Shown here piece after piece: positions 33,321 to 35,112 of a DNA stretch of 35,112 nucleotides. Under the pieces are notes generated by a model. The model did no database searches. It was not told where the DNA came from and saw only the letters and a program-made list of their open reading frames with translations. The translations under genes were made by a program, and so were the position numbers. This DNA comes from Octopus bimaculoides (lineage: Eukaryota), in contig NC_068988.1 of assembly GCF_001194135.2 (NCBI RefSeq), positions 20,886,735 through 20,921,846 on the forward strand, in the 5' to 3' direction. How positions within the stretch are numbered: position 1 is the first letter of the stretch; the number at the start of each line of letters is the position of its first letter.

Positions 33321-33482
33321 TACCGCATTTTAACGTGTGTAAGGAACCCTTGTAGATAAGGAACCCCTAATTTTATGAGCTTAAAATTCGGGAAAAAGGT
33401 TTTGTAAGGGATTATAACACTTTGAATGCATAAGAAACTGCCATATTTTTTAAACCTAATTTTTGACAAAAAAGGGTTCCTT
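33321..33482. mobile_element. Tc1/pogo-type MITE, right end interrupted by family D
   Basis: Starts taccgcattttaacgtgtgtaaggaaccc. The inverted partial terminus gggttcctt (33474-33482) abuts the (CAT)n tail of the next element. Confidence 0.55.
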
Positions 33483-33703
33483 CATCATCATCATCATCAT
33501 CATCGTTTAACGTCCGCTTTCCATGCTAGCATGGGTTGGACGATTTGACTGAGGACTGGTGAAACCCGATGGCTACACCAGGCTCCAATCTGATCTGGCA
33601 GAGTTTCTACAGCTGGATGCCCTTCCTAACGCCAACCACTCCCAGAGTGCAGTGGGTGCTTTTACGTGCCACCGGCACGAGGGCCAGTCAGGCGAGTAAC
33701 ATG
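33483..33703 (-). mobile_element. Family D copy, young
   Basis: (CAT)n then cgtttaacgtccgctttccatgctagcatgggttgg..gctggatgcccttcctaacgccaacc..cttttacgtgccaccggcac. Confidence 0.92.
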
Positions 33704-33734
33704 AAGGCAATGATCTGGAAGATTAACATGTCAG

Positions 33735-33915
33735 GTAAAATGCTCAGCAGCATTTCTTCTGTCTAAGTTTAAAATCTGCCAGGGTCAACTTTGCTTTTCA
33801 TCCTTTTGGGAGATGGTGAAAATAAGTACCAGTTAAGCACCAATGGGGTTGACATAATCAAGTAGTCCCCTCCCACACAAAATTTCAGGTATTATGTTGA
33901 TAGTAGAAAGAATTA
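33735..33915 (+). mobile_element. SINE family C copy, diverged
   Basis: gggtcaactttgcttttcatccttttggg..aaataagtaccagtt..tagaaagaattattatt. Confidence 0.78.
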
Positions 33916-34546
33916 TTATTATTATTACTGTTGTTGTTGTTGTTGTTGTTACCATTGCTTGCCTTCTTTGCTCCCCACCCCACATCTTTCAATAGCACAA
34001 TGTGGTATCGTATCATATCAACTAAACTCTCATAAACCAGAGCTTAGTTCAGAGTTAATGTTTTTTTAACGATGACGAATGCATGAATGAAATGAATGAG
34101 GCCCAAAATTTATAAAACAAAAAAATTCTAACATAGGCACAAGGCCATAAAAAAAAAGAAATTAATAAATTAGTAATTAAAATTTATAAAATAATAAACA
34201 ACCCACTAATCAGAGCTCTAATTAGTTAAAGTTAAAAAACAATTTTTCACATTTGTCTCCAATTATATGAATATTTAATTATTCAAGTGAATAATACTGT
34301 ATGAGTGAACAGCATTGTGCAACAATTGCAAAAAAAGCTAATTATTAAAATATGATTAACCCTTTAGCAATGAAGCCAACTAATGCTTCTGTATGAAAAT
34401 GGAGCCATTTTGTTATTTAAACTTCCACAAAATATACCTGATTCACAACAGACTGTGCATGTGTGGTGTGTTATATATATATACACAGCCAACCCATGCC
34501 AGCATTAAAAAAAAAAGATATAAATGAAATGATGACGGTACTGATG

Positions 34547-34559
<13 letters not shown>

Positions 34560-34585
<26 letters not shown>

Positions 34586-34900
34586 AATACACATTAAGTA
34601 CAGGACATCAACAAGTGAAAAATATGTAAATACATGAGAGATAAGTACAGGACAAAATACAAAAAAAATACACAAGAACAAGACAACACCAACGAGTGAA
34701 AAATATGTAAATACATAAGTAGAGATAAGTAAGGGGAAAAATACCAAAAGGAGTCTAACTTCTCCTCAGTTGTTGACCGTTTATTACTCCCAATTTCATG
34801 CTTTCAATGACAAGATAGGAAAACTTCACAAGACAGCAGCATCCAGAAATTTTTTTAACTATAAAATTTGTGGTGAGTGAGGGCTTCGAACGAACAAACA
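34560..34900 (-). repeat. Family F repeat with an internal ~82-bp duplication
   Basis: caacaagtgaaaaatatgtaaatacatgagagataagtacagg (~34608) and caacgagtgaaaaatatgtaaatacataagtagagataagtaagg (~34690). Homologous to 21340-21730. Confidence 0.55.
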
Positions 34901-34933
34901 AATAACAGAGTAAACAAATCAACAAAGACAAAT

Positions 34934-35112
34934 GTGGCTGTGTGGTAAGTAGCTTGCTTACCAACCACATGGCTCTGGGTTCAGTCCCACTGCGTGGCAC
35001 CTTAGGCAAGTGTCTTCTACTATAGCCTCGGGCCGACCAAAGACTTGTGAGTGGATTTGGTAGACAGAAACTGAAAGAAGCCCATCGTATATATGTATGT
35101 GTTTGTGCCCCC
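34934..35112 (+). mobile_element. SINE family B 5' half (cut by window end)
   Basis: Near-consensus head through gaaactgaaagaagcccatcgtatatatg. Confidence 0.94.

Noticed and set aside
1-35112. CRISPR arrays, operons or other prokaryotic systems
   Set aside because: There is no regularly spaced repeat-spacer array and no gene-dense coding. The sequence is repeat-rich eukaryotic DNA.

Overview
AT-rich eukaryotic genomic DNA with eight N-gaps. It is dominated by interspersed repeats and microsatellites. The SINE families and the (TA)n/(CA)n/(AAT)n load look like an Octopus genome (inference from recalled repeat consensus sequences; no search run). I recognise no complete protein-coding gene, rRNA, functional tRNA or CRISPR array. 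The window reads as intronic or intergenic sequence of a large gene locus. Supportable content: (1) about 25 SINE copies in five families, which I label A-E, several with 12-13 bp target-site duplications and nested insertions; (2) a 1.2-kb decayed mariner with both TIRs and a mellifera-like DD34D transposase pseudogene (18391-19600); (3) a decayed hAT/Buster transposase remnant not shown in the ORF track (about 17290-18010); (4) TA-, TTAA- and 8-bp-TSD MITEs, one with a perfect 44-bp inverted repeat (13678-13932); (5) an RTE LINE 3' fragment. The most interesting non-repeat signals are on the minus strand: a textbook recursive-splice-site motif (polypyrimidine-CAG|GTAAGT, 1736-1771) and two small candidate exons (6016-6098, 3463-3501) that splice in frame into a signal-peptide-like N-terminus. 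All exon calls are unverified inferences. Nearly all ORFs in the supplied track are repeat-, microsatellite- or gap-derived.
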